Shown here: positions 1 to 11,317 of the stretch, piece by piece
How positions within the stretch are numbered: position 1 is the first letter of the stretch
How the letters are laid out: the number at the start of each line of letters is the position of its first letter
Assembly: GCA_000708835.1 (NCBI GenBank)
Contig: DF236989.1
Span: 237,285-301,284 of the forward strand
DNA: 64,000 nucleotides
Direction: 5' to 3'
Source of the DNA: Klebsormidium nitens
Lineage: Eukaryota > Plantae > Klebsormidiophyceae
The notes under the pieces: generated by a model
Told to the model about the DNA's origin: nothing
What the model saw: only the letters and a program-made list of their open reading frames with translations
Databases searched by the model: none
Program-made: the position numbers and the translations under genes

Positions 1-676
1 GCTACTGAAACCCTTAGTCAACTTAAGAAACCCCTCTCTCCGGACGTCTTTGGAATCAACATCTATATCCTTCAAAATTGATTCCAACGCATCAGATTTG
101 AAGATGTTGTTCCATCCGCTTTGCGGCTAGCTTAGGGACAGGACCAATTGAGGGTTTACAGGGTTAAAGAGCGTCGAGATCTGAACAGGGTCGTGAGTTA
201 AAGCTTTGTAATGGAGCGCGAGGTCACGCACGAACAGGTCAGGTTTCGAATGCTCTTAAAGAGGAGCGTGCGTCAAAGCGATACCGATTGAGTTTCAGCC
301 CTGAATGCTAGATTAAGGTCTCAGACCGTTAACTTTGTCAAGAGATCAATGTTGATCTCTTCGAGGCTATTGATTAAGGTGAGAGTGCACCGCTACTAGG
401 TTTGACGCAAACCGTGGTAGATACTTCGGCGTTGTGCGAAACGCTTTGATACAAGCGCAAAACGACGCAGGACCAGGCAAGGGTTTAGGGGTTGTTAGAG
501 CATCAGAGGAGCTCAGAATTGTGCGAGAAGCTTTGCGACACAGCACAACGACAAGATCGGGGATTAGAGTATTTTCAGGCGCCCATTATCAGTCGAGTTT
601 GCCAGCTAGACAGATTGTAATGATGATCTGGCTTCAAAGAGGCTTTTCTTAAGCATCAACTCCATTTTTCGACCAG

Positions 677-1750
677 GAGCGAATGCGCGCCGCGTTCGAA
701 GCCGAGCAGGCCAAAGCGCGTGCTAAGGCGACGCAATTCGAAGCCGCGGCCGCTACTGCGGCCGCGCCCGCCGGCAAGGCGGCCAAGGGTAGGCCCCGCG
801 GCGGACAGGTGGTTGAGATTTCCGGTGACGATATCAAGTCTAAGGGTCTTGACAAGGCCTTTGAGGAGCCGGCCGCGGCAGCGCCGCCGGCCGCGCCATC
901 GCCGCGACGGCGACCGGGGCGAGACCATAAAACGTCTGCGGACGAGGGTCTGGACGCGGCCGCGAGCGGAACGGAATCGTTTTCGAACGCCTTGACGGAC
1001 AGAAGAGACGAAGTAGAGAAGGAGAGCTTTGGCAGACATCAAAGTGGGCCAGATTTAGGTCCGTTCAGAGGGCACTTGTACGATCCCCCAGTCAGCAAGT
1101 CGCCCCTCGGCAGACGAGCCGCACTTGGTAGAGTCGCGGAAGAGGACTCGCCGGACCGCCACGTGGGCGGCGGACCGGGGCGCCACGTGGCCGACGGCCA
1201 TTCACCGGGAGGAGGCTTCTCGGAGATGGAAAAGTTCCAGATGCAGATGCGGCAGGAGCAAATGGAAATGATGCTCAGACTCGAACGGCAAGAGAGAGAG
1301 CTAGGCGATCTGCGCGCGGCCGCGCTGAGCTCGCAGGCTGAGGCACGTGCCGCGGTGTCGGAGCTCGAGAAGGTGCGATACGCTATGCGGCTCGGGGCCT
1401 CCCCCCTGGCGCGGAGCACAGACTCCGGGAAGCTGAGCTTAGAGTCGCCGGTGGGGCGGCTTGAGCTGGCGTTACTGCCCATCAACAGCAGCTTCGATTT
1501 CGGGGGGGTAGACGTCGCGGCTTCGATGCACTCGGAAAGCATGATGATCTACCCCCCAAACGCGAAGCTCGCGGGAGGCAGCCGGTTGCCTACCAGGAGC
1601 GGCCGGGGGGGGCTTCTACAGGGGGGAGAAGGGGAGGCGACGTATGACCCGATCGCGCTCGCGAGCGCGCGGCCGTTGTCGTCACTGCCCGGGGGACGGG
1701 CGATGCAGAATAGGCCGCCGTCCGCTCGGATTGCTGAGTCGAGCTCGTGA
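677..1750 (+). CDS. Probable terminal exon of an unidentified gene (low-complexity, coiled-coil protein); upstream exons not resolved
   Basis: 355-aa open frame preceded by an acceptor-like tttttcgaccag at about 676. GC-rich coding-like composition, a heptad-like segment (EKFQMQMRQEQMEMMLRLERQERELGDLR), stop TGA at 1748-1750. No family recognised. Confidence 0.6.
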   Translation, partial: ERMRAAFEAEQAKARAKATQFEAAAATAAAPAGKAAKGRPRGGQVVEISGDDIKSKGLDKAFEEPAAAAPPAAPSPRRRPGRDHKTSADEGLDAAASGTESFSNALTDRRDEVEKESFGRHQSGPDLGPFRGHLYDPPVSKSPLGRRAALGRVAEEDSPDRHVGGGPGRHVADGHSPGGGFSEMEKFQMQMRQEQMEMMLRLERQERELGDLRAAALSSQAEARAAVSELEKVRYAMRLGASPLARSTDSGKLSLESPVGRLELALLPINSSFDFGGVDVAASMHSESMMIYPPNAKLAGGSRLPTRSGRGGLLQGGEGEATYDPIALASARPLSSLPGGRAMQNRPPSARIAESSS

Positions 1751-2611
1751 ATACCGTCGGATCTCTAAGCCCCTAGTTGTAGGACTCCTTCGCATGATGC
1801 AGCATGGTAAGCGAAAGCTTTGGAGAGGGTCTGCCGTTCCATCATACAACGTGGACGTTCGCTGTCGGGCGGCTGCTCTGATAGGCACGGCTTGTCAAAC
1901 GCTTTTGTTCTCGGCACGTTCGACCTCGTGAACAAATCGCTTTATGAAACTTGCTCCAGGACACAGATTTTCAAACGCTTACAGTTCGGTTTCATTGATG
2001 TCAATCGAATGGGTGGATGCGTCTTTCGAGCGCTTGAATGGGTGTAACTTGTCAGCAGACACTTTTGCGATGCCCCTGCAAAACTGATGTTACTGAGTCG
2101 CCAGCCGACAGCACCCATTCATGCAATCATGCGATTCGTACACGCACATTCAACAGCACGAAGTCAACATGTATGTTTCTCCACTGGCCGAAGTAACAAC
2201 CTTTCTGTGGTCTGATTCATACCAAGCATTCCCTGTGATTGGCAACCATATGCATAGACCTCAAAGCCATCATGTTAAGAGAAGTTCTTCTCTCGCTTGC
2301 AAAAGCGTTCAGACAATCACTTCGAGGTAAAAAGTTGGTTTCGACAGATATTGTTGACCAGAACACTTGAAACAGGACATTCGCCCAACATCCTTACCCC
2401 TTATGATACAATTTCGACGTCAAAGATTATTCTTCCCAACATTCTTCTCATTATTCAATCAGATGTGCAAACAAATATAGCATAGTCAAACACTGACACT
2501 GCACCTCGATTAAAGTTTCAAATTGAACCTGACCTGTCTTGTTCGACACATTTTCCCCCACAACTTTCCGACACTCGTTACCGCCACTTCCCAAAAGCAA
2601 CATGATGGAGA

Positions 2612-5600
2612 TTAAGCGGGTGCGGGCGCTGCGGACGCTGCCGAACCGCCCGCTGAAACCGGGCTAGACGCACCAGACCCGGTTGAAGGAGGCGGGGCGA
2701 GGGCACTCGGTTGGCCACTTGGTCGTGCACCGAGCGGCGCTTGTGCGTTGAAACTCAAAGACTCGACGGGGCCGTATACGAAGATGCCTTTGACACTGGG
2801 CGCATCCCGGCCGGTCGAGACGGCCTCGAACTGGATCGACATCATGTTGGTGTCGCATTGGACCGCCTGCAAAGAGAAGGAATATTATGTCGAAAGCGGA
2901 GACCTCGCGAACGAGGAGATTGATAGCAGACACGAAAATTCGAACTTCAATCCTTTCATTTAAGTTTGAGTACTTTTGAGATTGATGAAGAATTGGGTAA
3001 AGACGGGATGCAAAGGTGTCATGTAAGATACAAACTGAGAAAATGACCTGCCTAATAGTAAACTCCTCCTAGGTTGGGTAAGAAAGCGCTGCCTATTTAC
3101 ACCCGCCTGCGCCTTTGGGAGTGACAGACAAAACAGCCATCCTCAATGCATTGTCAAGCCGCCGCTCCCCGGTTTCGTCGACTGACAAGCAGTAACCACA
3201 GTATGCCAAGAAGTGAGGCACTTCAAAAGAATTTACTGTAGCTTCATAATCCAGAACCGGAAACCAACAGCTCTTGGGTTTATAAGAGCGGCACAAACGT
3301 ACCTTTCCCTGTGATGGATCCGCTGCGAACTTGGCGTCCCCCGCCAGCGCGAACGGATCGATGGGCCCTATCGCGTCCGAGTTGTCGCCGTTGAAGTGCA
3401 CGTAGAACAGGCGCAGACCGGGCTTGTTCACATCAACGGTCGGGCTGCTGGGGCCGAGCGAGATCTCGGCGAAGTAGGCGGTTGCGTAGTAGATGCCGGG
3501 GGTGGGCAGCTGGATGCTGCAGGATAAGTAAAGAAAAATGAGAAAATACGTCATACAAAAGTGACCACGTGCTGAGTTTACGGAAGGTAAAGGCATCGGT
3601 AGTGATAGAGGTCGAGATGTGGCGGGAAGAAAGGTGTTTTTGGAGAACAGGCGTCGCGTAGAAGATGCCGAGGCTGGGAAGTAGGGGGGTTTGGCGGGCG
3701 GTTGCAATGAAGTTCAAAAAGCTGAGGTGGACAATTTGAGGCGAATAGACTCGGACCAATGGCTTGAAGTGAAGAGAGGATAATGACTCTGCGGTTGGGG
3801 AACTCCACTGTTTTTCAAGATAACGTCTCCTCGCTTTTTTAGATCATCACTTCGATTAGGGTGCTATTTTCGTCTCCTCTCTACTTCAGCAGTCCATAGT
3901 CGATGGTAGGCATAGCACCCGATAGACTTATTACGCACTGCAGGCTTTTCTTCACCTCCAAAAAGCAAGCACTGCAGCTACGGAGACTCACTAGTAGGCG
4001 TTGTATCCGATGAACTCGCTCTGGAAGATGGTGGGGTCGGACGTGTCAAAGATTCCGTTGGGGGTGTCGTACTGGTAGCCGCCCGTGGGGCCCTTGATGT
4101 TGGTCCTGCGCGAAAGGGAGCGAAAGTTTCCGTTTACGACTCACTGAGAAAGAGGGCAAGACAAACGAATAGTGGGTACTGCGATCGTTGAAAACAAAGG
4201 GGCAGAAGAAGGCGTCAAGAGCATTTTCTGAGCAGAAACCTCTAGCAGACTTACACCGCTGTATACCAAAGTTGCTCCAAAATACTTTAACGAGGAACTG
4301 AGGTTCTAAGGTCAGAACATTGCGCTCTTAGCACTAGCGAGGGACTTGGTCGACAACGAGCTCGATCTACCAAGGAAACTCTGCAAACCTTGTTTCTGAG
4401 AGCTCGTGAACTTGCTTTCGTGACTTTGAAGATTTTGACACGAGACACTCTTGAAGTTTGAGCCCCTATCCCAGACAGGCAGGTCCGGCAGCTCCCACAA
4501 ACTATGGAACAGTCAGCCTCTTCAATATCACCTGCTTCCGCTTTCTCTCCTTCCTTTTCTGGATGCACAGAACGCGCAAAAAAACTTGATGGCGCACAAA
4601 AAACATGAGAAGCTGCCTGGAATCAACTCCGATCAAAGAAAATTCAGTGGGGCTTACCCAACCAAGATAGTAAAATACTCGCTGCTGCCAGTTCCCAGAA
4701 ATATATGTCACGGAGGTCTCTCACCTGCACCAGGTCCGACCGGGCGGCATGATGCCAGCCTGCGTCACGGGCGTCAGGCTGCTGACGCCATCGCTGCACC
4801 GGGACGAGTTGTTGGAGTCGTCCTCAAAAACCACTCCGCAGCTGGACACGTAACGAGGCCCGGCGGAGTTGATGGCGACGCTGAAGGCGAATGGCGGCGA
4901 CCAGAGCGGGCAGGGACCGGTGCAGTTGAGGCCCTGTCAGGAAAAGTGTTGGTGACTGAAGAGGGTTAGAAGTGGATTACCTTCAGAGGCTTCGATTCTG
5001 GAAGCTTTGGATTGGAAGCTACGTTGAAATGGGAAGGGCGGCGCCTAGTGGGGGCAGGGACCGGTGCATTTGAGGCCCTGTCGGGAGGGAAAACACCTCG
5101 CAGTCCCTACCTCTGGACACACGTCAACAAAGAGGTTTCGGGTAACATCAGCAAACAACTTTCTTGGTTAGCAGTAACCCTACCTGAGGTGGCGCCCCAT
5201 TGGCGGGGCAGCTCGGATTTGCGGTCGCCGCCCCCGCGAACGTGGGCACCGGTGAAATCGGGGCCTGCGGAGCGTCTGCCGGAGTGTAGGCGAATGCAAA
5301 CAGTGGATTCGGTGGGGGGGGTCCGACTGGCCCGGGTGGAGGGGGGGGTCCGCGAGGCGCGGGGGCAAGGCGCGACGACTGAGAACCGGGGGCCGGGGCT
5401 GGAGACCTGCACGGTCGAGATCAGAAATAGCAAGCTCGCATCTAACCCCGGAACTAACCCCAAACATAACCTGTTCCGCACCTGTACCCACCCTGAGACT
5501 GGAACTAACCGCACCCAGTGTGCTCAGCTTGCAAATCCTGCCCCTTACTATTCCTGGTATTGACACTCACCTATGGACTGTGCGCGGAGCAGGGGCAGGG

Positions 5601-8600
5601 GTAAAAGTGGTACTCGGGGTTGCCATTCCCGGTTGAATGAATAGGGCGCTGACGAAAGGGGGCAAAAGTGTGTTGATGTAGTTAGTGCCCCCCAGCGTGA
5701 AGTTGCTGAGCGTGAAGTTTTGGAGGGTCGAGAGGTCGGAGCCTTGGAAGCGAATGAGCAGAAAATCGGAGGTGACATTGACGGGCGCCTGCAGAAGAAT
5801 GGGCGTTGTGTTTCATTTTTGGAGGATAGAAGCTGCAGAACAGAAAGTTCAAAAAGAAGGCTCCTTTGGGCGAGCAGGAGAACAAGAAGATTTCAAGGTT
5901 TCGGGATGAATAAGAAACTAGGTTTGAACTATAGCGCGGAAGGTTTTGCAAACTTCCAGAGAGACAAACTTGAGAAGTATTGGGGCGGATCCTCAGAGCT
6001 TCTGTGCTGGAGAGGCTAAAAGTCGAAATTGGTCTTTCTGAAGGATGCACGTTACAAAAGACGTCATTCTGACTCATTTCCAGAGGATCGTGTTCGCAAA
6101 GGGGGTCACAAGCGACTACCTACCTGGTAGATGAAGACGCTGATGTTTTCGCCAGTTCGAGCGAAAACGTCCAGGTTTGACAGGATCTTCGTGTTTTGAA
6201 GAAAGACGTCGAAGACGCGTTGTCCTGGGCCTGCAAACCGGGTTGTGACTCAGGATTGTGGTGAGATTCGTTCAGCAAGGAAGAAGGGTTAAACGTCAAC
6301 CGCATACGGTCCGCAGCACAAAAGAGCAGTGCTTCTACGTTTGGAGAGAGATGGCTAACAAACTTCCGCAAGAATAGCCTTATGTAGCGAGTGTTTGTTG
6401 ACGTGCAGCGCGATCAAAACAAAGCTCGTCAAGCTTTCATCTTAACGAAGACCCTTCATGCAGAAAGTGTTTGCCCAGAACGTGCCCGGCGTGAAGTGAA
6501 ACCAAATTCAAGATAAGAACGCGTAACTGATGCAAGGAAGGCCACAGTGCAAGTCTCGGGGACTGGCACGTGCAGCTTGAGATGTTTCACGTGCAGCTTG
6601 AGATGTTTCACGTGCAGATTGAGCTGTTTCCTTGCCTCTTCCTAACGAAAAAGGTATGCTACAAGGCTTCCTTGTACCGCATCTGTGTCGTGCGTCGACA
6701 TAAAAGAGCAAGTGGAGAACGACGGCCCTCTTTCTTCCAGACGCTCACCTGTCGCATTCAGGTCGGCGAAGTGCAGGTCGACGAGGTACGTCCCGTTGGC
6801 CACAGAGAACTTGTACGAGAAGTTGCCCTGGCGCACGGTGGAGTAGAGGAAGTCGTCGTTGTCAGCGTTGTACGGAAGGAAGACCTGATACGGGTTGGTC
6901 AGCAACGCCACTCCTGCAGTGGAGATGAGAAGCAATTCAAGCGACATGGACAACTTTAAAAGTGGGTCCAAATTGGACATGAAGGAAGCCTTCAAGAGTG
7001 CGATTATGGCGGTCAGGAATTCGCAGCGGTTCTTAAACGGAACCAAGGTGTGGTACGGAATGAAGCCAGAGCATTCAATGGCTACCCGTCCGAGGACTTC
7101 AGGGTGTTGAACGTGCAGTGGTGAAGAGAACCGATGATCGTCGTGCATTAAAAGCAAGGGAGGGTTGAGCGGAGACCGGATGCATGGGTTGACGAGTAAC
7201 GAGAGGAGCAGGCAAGAAGTCAACGCATTGGCTGTTCTGCGCATGCTCACCTCCCGAATAGTTCTGATCTGCATTGAAAATTACCCCGTTCCCGCTGATG
7301 ACGTCAATCGCAGATCCGCAATCTACGGCGAGCGTGAGCTTCGTCGTGCTGACAAGGGGCGCAACGCGGATCGCCGAGACGGTGGCGTTCGTTCCGTTTA
7401 ACCCGGCAAAATCGATGCGGAGCAGACCATTCGATACGGAAGCTGCTGTCGATAGGCTATAGGGTGCGGGTGTATATACGTCTGCGGGACTGGGGGCAGG
7501 AGCCGAGGCTGGCGAGAGGGTATATGTCGAGTTGGCAATGATGTCGATGGCTGGGAACGCTTTCACGCCCTGCATCAGGAGAAACAGAAGAAAGCAGGTT
7601 CAGGCAAGGTTTGGTAGCCGTTAACGCAGGGGCAGAGCAAGATTCCCACAGGGGTCAAAGCAGGATTTGCTGCAGGGTGTAACGGCAGATTTCTATTCAG
7701 CAAAAGTGCGCCAACAGGCAAGTTGCGGTATTGAAGGAGTAGCTAAAACCGCACCTGATCTGGCAGTGGCGAAGTTAGGATCCGATCAGAAGCGAGATGA
7801 CAAGGTGGAGCGAAAGCAGATGATAGAGCTTGTAGCGCAGGTGAATTCCGAGAGCTGTAACCTTTTTGTATCCTTGGATCAAATCGACACGTTCGGTTAG
7901 CAAACCCCACTCTGTGGAAAGGCTGACCGTCGGCTAACTGGATGTTCCGTCGAACAAGTGGATGTTGTAGCCAGAAATGAATCTCAAAGCCATAGATATG
8001 CGTACCTGGACGGCCACTGTGAAAACCCGTTGGCCAGCCCTGCTGTAGTTGTCCTCCACAAAGTCGAGCTCGATCTGGTAGCTTCCCAGCGGCAGATTGA
8101 AGTAGTAGGAGAAGGATGCGCCGGTCCGAGCGTAGGCGTAGATCGAAGGTTCGCGGCTTTGGGAGATCGAAGAGGGGGCCGGAGAGAGCAGATTCGTGAA
8201 GGTCGAAGTCGCTGTAAAAAAGGCGAAGGAGAGCGTGATGTTTTCTGACTTTCGGTTTCAAAGACGATATGGAGAAGAGCGTGTGTAACAAGAATAGCTT
8301 AAATGCGAGAAGCTGAGAGTTGCAAATCTCAGAAGCAAAAGTATGGGTCTAAAGAACTTTGGTCTTGATTCCTCTGGAACTATCAAAATCAAGAGATATA
8401 AGAGATGTATGACAGAGGCAAGCAAAGACAGGATGACCTACATCCCCCCACGTAGAAGGAGTCGGCAGAATACTTGGTGCCATCAGCTGCGGTATAGGAG
8501 GCGCTCGACCCTGCGTTGATGTTGTAAGAAGATGGAGGTGCGGGGAAGGGGACGTGCTCAGTGTTACTGGAGTATACGTGGATGGCGTTCACCTTCGCCT

Positions 8601-10484
8601 CCCCGTCATTCAGGTTTGAAGACACCGTTTGGAAGGCGATGCTGCAGAGGGTGGTGTACACTTTACTTAAGATGGATTCAGGAAACAAGAAAAGAGAAGC
8701 ACTTAAACTCACTGGCTCTCTGGATTCTGTGCACCGTCGGTGCCTTGGGACCAGAGAGGGTCCTTCAAATGATAAAGGTCTGTCAACCTCGACAGTGCGA
8801 GACAGACTCGGCAATGTGAGAAGGCAGGCCAAGGTGAACCAGAAAGAAGAAGCTATCCTTCTGCCGTCCGGATGTCGCCGATTGCCATTGCAGTGTGCCA
8901 CTGAAAAGCATAAAGTACAAGACTAGCTGATGGGTAGGTATCGTTTTCAGAGCTTTGAGGTTCCTGATTGGGTTCTGCGGATCTTGAAGTTGTCAGCAAA
9001 TTTTTGTGTCGCTTTTACCACCAGGGTCATCTCAGCTCAGATTGGTGCTGATCAGTTCTGCATGTACACAAGGCTGTCGTGCTTACCGCTTTCATTAGCT
9101 GAAGGCGCTGTCGAGATCCAAATTACACGGACAGAACCAAGCCCCTTCACATTATCAGATGCGTAGGAGTCTTTTTAGTTGGACTTAGTGACAAGGCTCC
9201 AAGAGCAGATGAGGAAGCCAGCTACACGCACCTTAGGAGGCCGTTTGACACCACTGCTGGCTGTGTGATGATAAGGCTCTGATTCATCCCCACTCTTGCA
9301 AAGATGTCCAAGTCTGCGACTGCAATCTGTCCCTGGATGAGTATGCTGAACACGCGTGCTCCAGGCTGGTCGAATTGAGTCTCAGCAAAGAAGAGCTCGA
9401 CGCTGTAGCTGCCGTTGGGAACGTTCAGTTCATACCTGCAAAAGAGGTAGTATGCTTTTCAAAGTTTTGGTAGGAGCATCTTGTCCTCATAGTAATCAAC
9501 ACCCAGAATTGATTACTGCGCTGTGGTCCGAGAGCAGTGGTCCAGTTTTTGGAATAATATTTTGACTGTTATATTTTTCCGAGGACAACTTCCAGGATCC
9601 TAGGACAGCATCAATCAGTGAGGATACTTGCTCTTTTGGCAGGTTTGCAGATCCCTTAGTCCACCTTCTCCTGTGGAGCCTCCAATTAGTCAAACTGAAA
9701 CCCTTAAGCTGTGGTTTTTGGGGGATTCTACCAACAGGTAGTCAACGAACATGGACAAAACTGAGAAGCTGGACACTTTATTGATTGGCTTCCTGGGCGC
9801 CTTCAGACAAACCACTGGGTACTGCCTGACTTAGAGTACCAGAGGGAGCCTGTCACTGGATTACAAGATTGATCTTCAAGGACCACAGGACGTTGTGTTG
9901 GCACCGATGTAAATTATTCTCCCTATCTTCTTGCCAAGTAGGTTTACTCTTCTTCTGTCAGGGGCTACACTCTTCATTGTTGCATAAGATACTCTCACTC
10001 AATCACTCACGCCTCATCGCTTAAATATCATATTTGAGCGAACGTTGGGGAGAAACTTGCCCCATATTCAAAAGAGAACTTACTGGAAATCAAGACCATA
10101 TCTCTCCGTCAGGTACAGAGATCCGTCTGGCACATTCAGTGGTGGGGCGAAGCCAAGGTATTGCCTGGGTTTAGTGCTTGTTCCGAAGTAGTACTTGTCA
10201 GCTTGGAAAACCACTGGTCCTGAAACCGAACCTGTCGAAACATGTGAGTTGTTTGGCTGGTAGAATGGCCCAGAGCCATATGTGACTCCTCCATAGTAGC
10301 TGGGAATGCTGGCACTCGCTGGAGTGAGACCTCCGCAGTTGATGGCCAAGTACGAGGGTGCTCCAGAGCTACTACTTTGTGCAGGCGCACTGGCGGATCC
10401 TGTTGTTTGACACTGGACGTTCTTGGCAAAGAACACGAGAATGGCCAGCATGCACCACCTCGGAAAGCCACCAGACCGTCCCAT
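2612..10484 (-). CDS. Secreted multi-malectin-domain glycoprotein (4 malectin domains, Pro/Ala-rich linkers), about 13 exons, about 940 aa
   Basis: In-frame GT-AG exon chain: 10084-10484, 9232-9435, 8442-8641, 8006-8211, 7251-7569, 6749-6913, 6126-6230, 5571-5787, 5185-5406, ~4727-4933, ~3991-4105, ~3303-3518, ~2612-2867. Signal-peptide-like start MGRSGGFPRWCMLAILVFFAKNVQC. Repeated malectin motifs, e.g. LYLTERYGLDFQYELNVPNGSYSVELFFAE..PGARVFSI, YFNLPLGSYQIELDFVE..AGQRVFTV, FSYKFSVANGTYLVDLHFA..PGQRVFDV, IQLPTPGIYYATAYFAE..PGLRLFYV. Confidence 0.88.
6567..6623. repeat. 21-bp tandem repeat, 2.7 copies (CACGTGCAGCTTGAGATGTTT)
   Basis: Units read directly at 6567, 6588 and 6609, in an intron of the malectin gene. 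Confidence 0.95.
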
Positions 10485-11317
10485 TGTGCAGCAGTGATGA
10501 ATTTGATGCTGCTCTTCAGCTGATTTAGAGACAGCAACAGCTCTCCAGATGATGCTGACCACTACTAGTCCTTTGAAACTGAGAAAGTGGATTGCTCTGC
10601 TGGCAAAGACGCTGGCATTGGGAGTCGCGAAAGCACCACAGTTGGCCACTGTTTTGAAAAGGTAAAATGTGAAAGAAGCGCGAAACACGATCGAGGTGTG
10701 TTGACTTCAGTTGTTCTGCATGGTCGTCTGCAGGACGCATTTGCTGATTTTATGAGCTCTTGGTTCAGTGCCCCTCTGTACAACACCTTAGGTAGTGAGC
10801 ACTACTTCAGGTATGCCGACCTTGTACAGCTGATCGACGTTCGAACGTGCTCTCGCGGCCGCAGCTCGTGCCGCGGTGCATATGCACAAACTGGGTACCG
10901 GGCCGGTGCAAGATTGATCGACAGCAGGTACCCACCCGGTGCCTTTTGTTCAATTGAAATCTGCTCGAAACCGTACACGTGGCACCGATTCGAGGGACAC
11001 ATAGGACTGCAGAACTCTGCTCATAAGCAGATGCAAATTGGCATCGGGACAACGGACCAGCTGAAAGGTGGCCGCGTTTTCCATTCTCTAGGTTGCGATG
11101 ATGGAGCAAATGGTCAAGCACTTGAGATATACGCCGACAACGTTTAGGTGTGTGGCCGGGGGAAATGTCGATGCAGCCTGGGACCAGCCTGCCGTTTCTT
11201 TCCCGGGGCTTCAGCAGAGCTTGCAGACTGTACAAGACCATAAACCGGACTCGGTCGCAAGTTGACTCGCAACCACAAACACCTTCAAGTTTCGAACAGG
11301 AAGGGCCAGCTCTGAAA

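Noticed and set aside
10876-10945. Palindromic P1BS (GCATATGC, 10878-10885) and GGTACC/CACCCGGT motifs resembling the MITE end, in the malectin/DHHC intergenic region
   Set aside because: A single motif at chance frequency next to genes with no known Pi link; the similarity to the TIR is only two short words.
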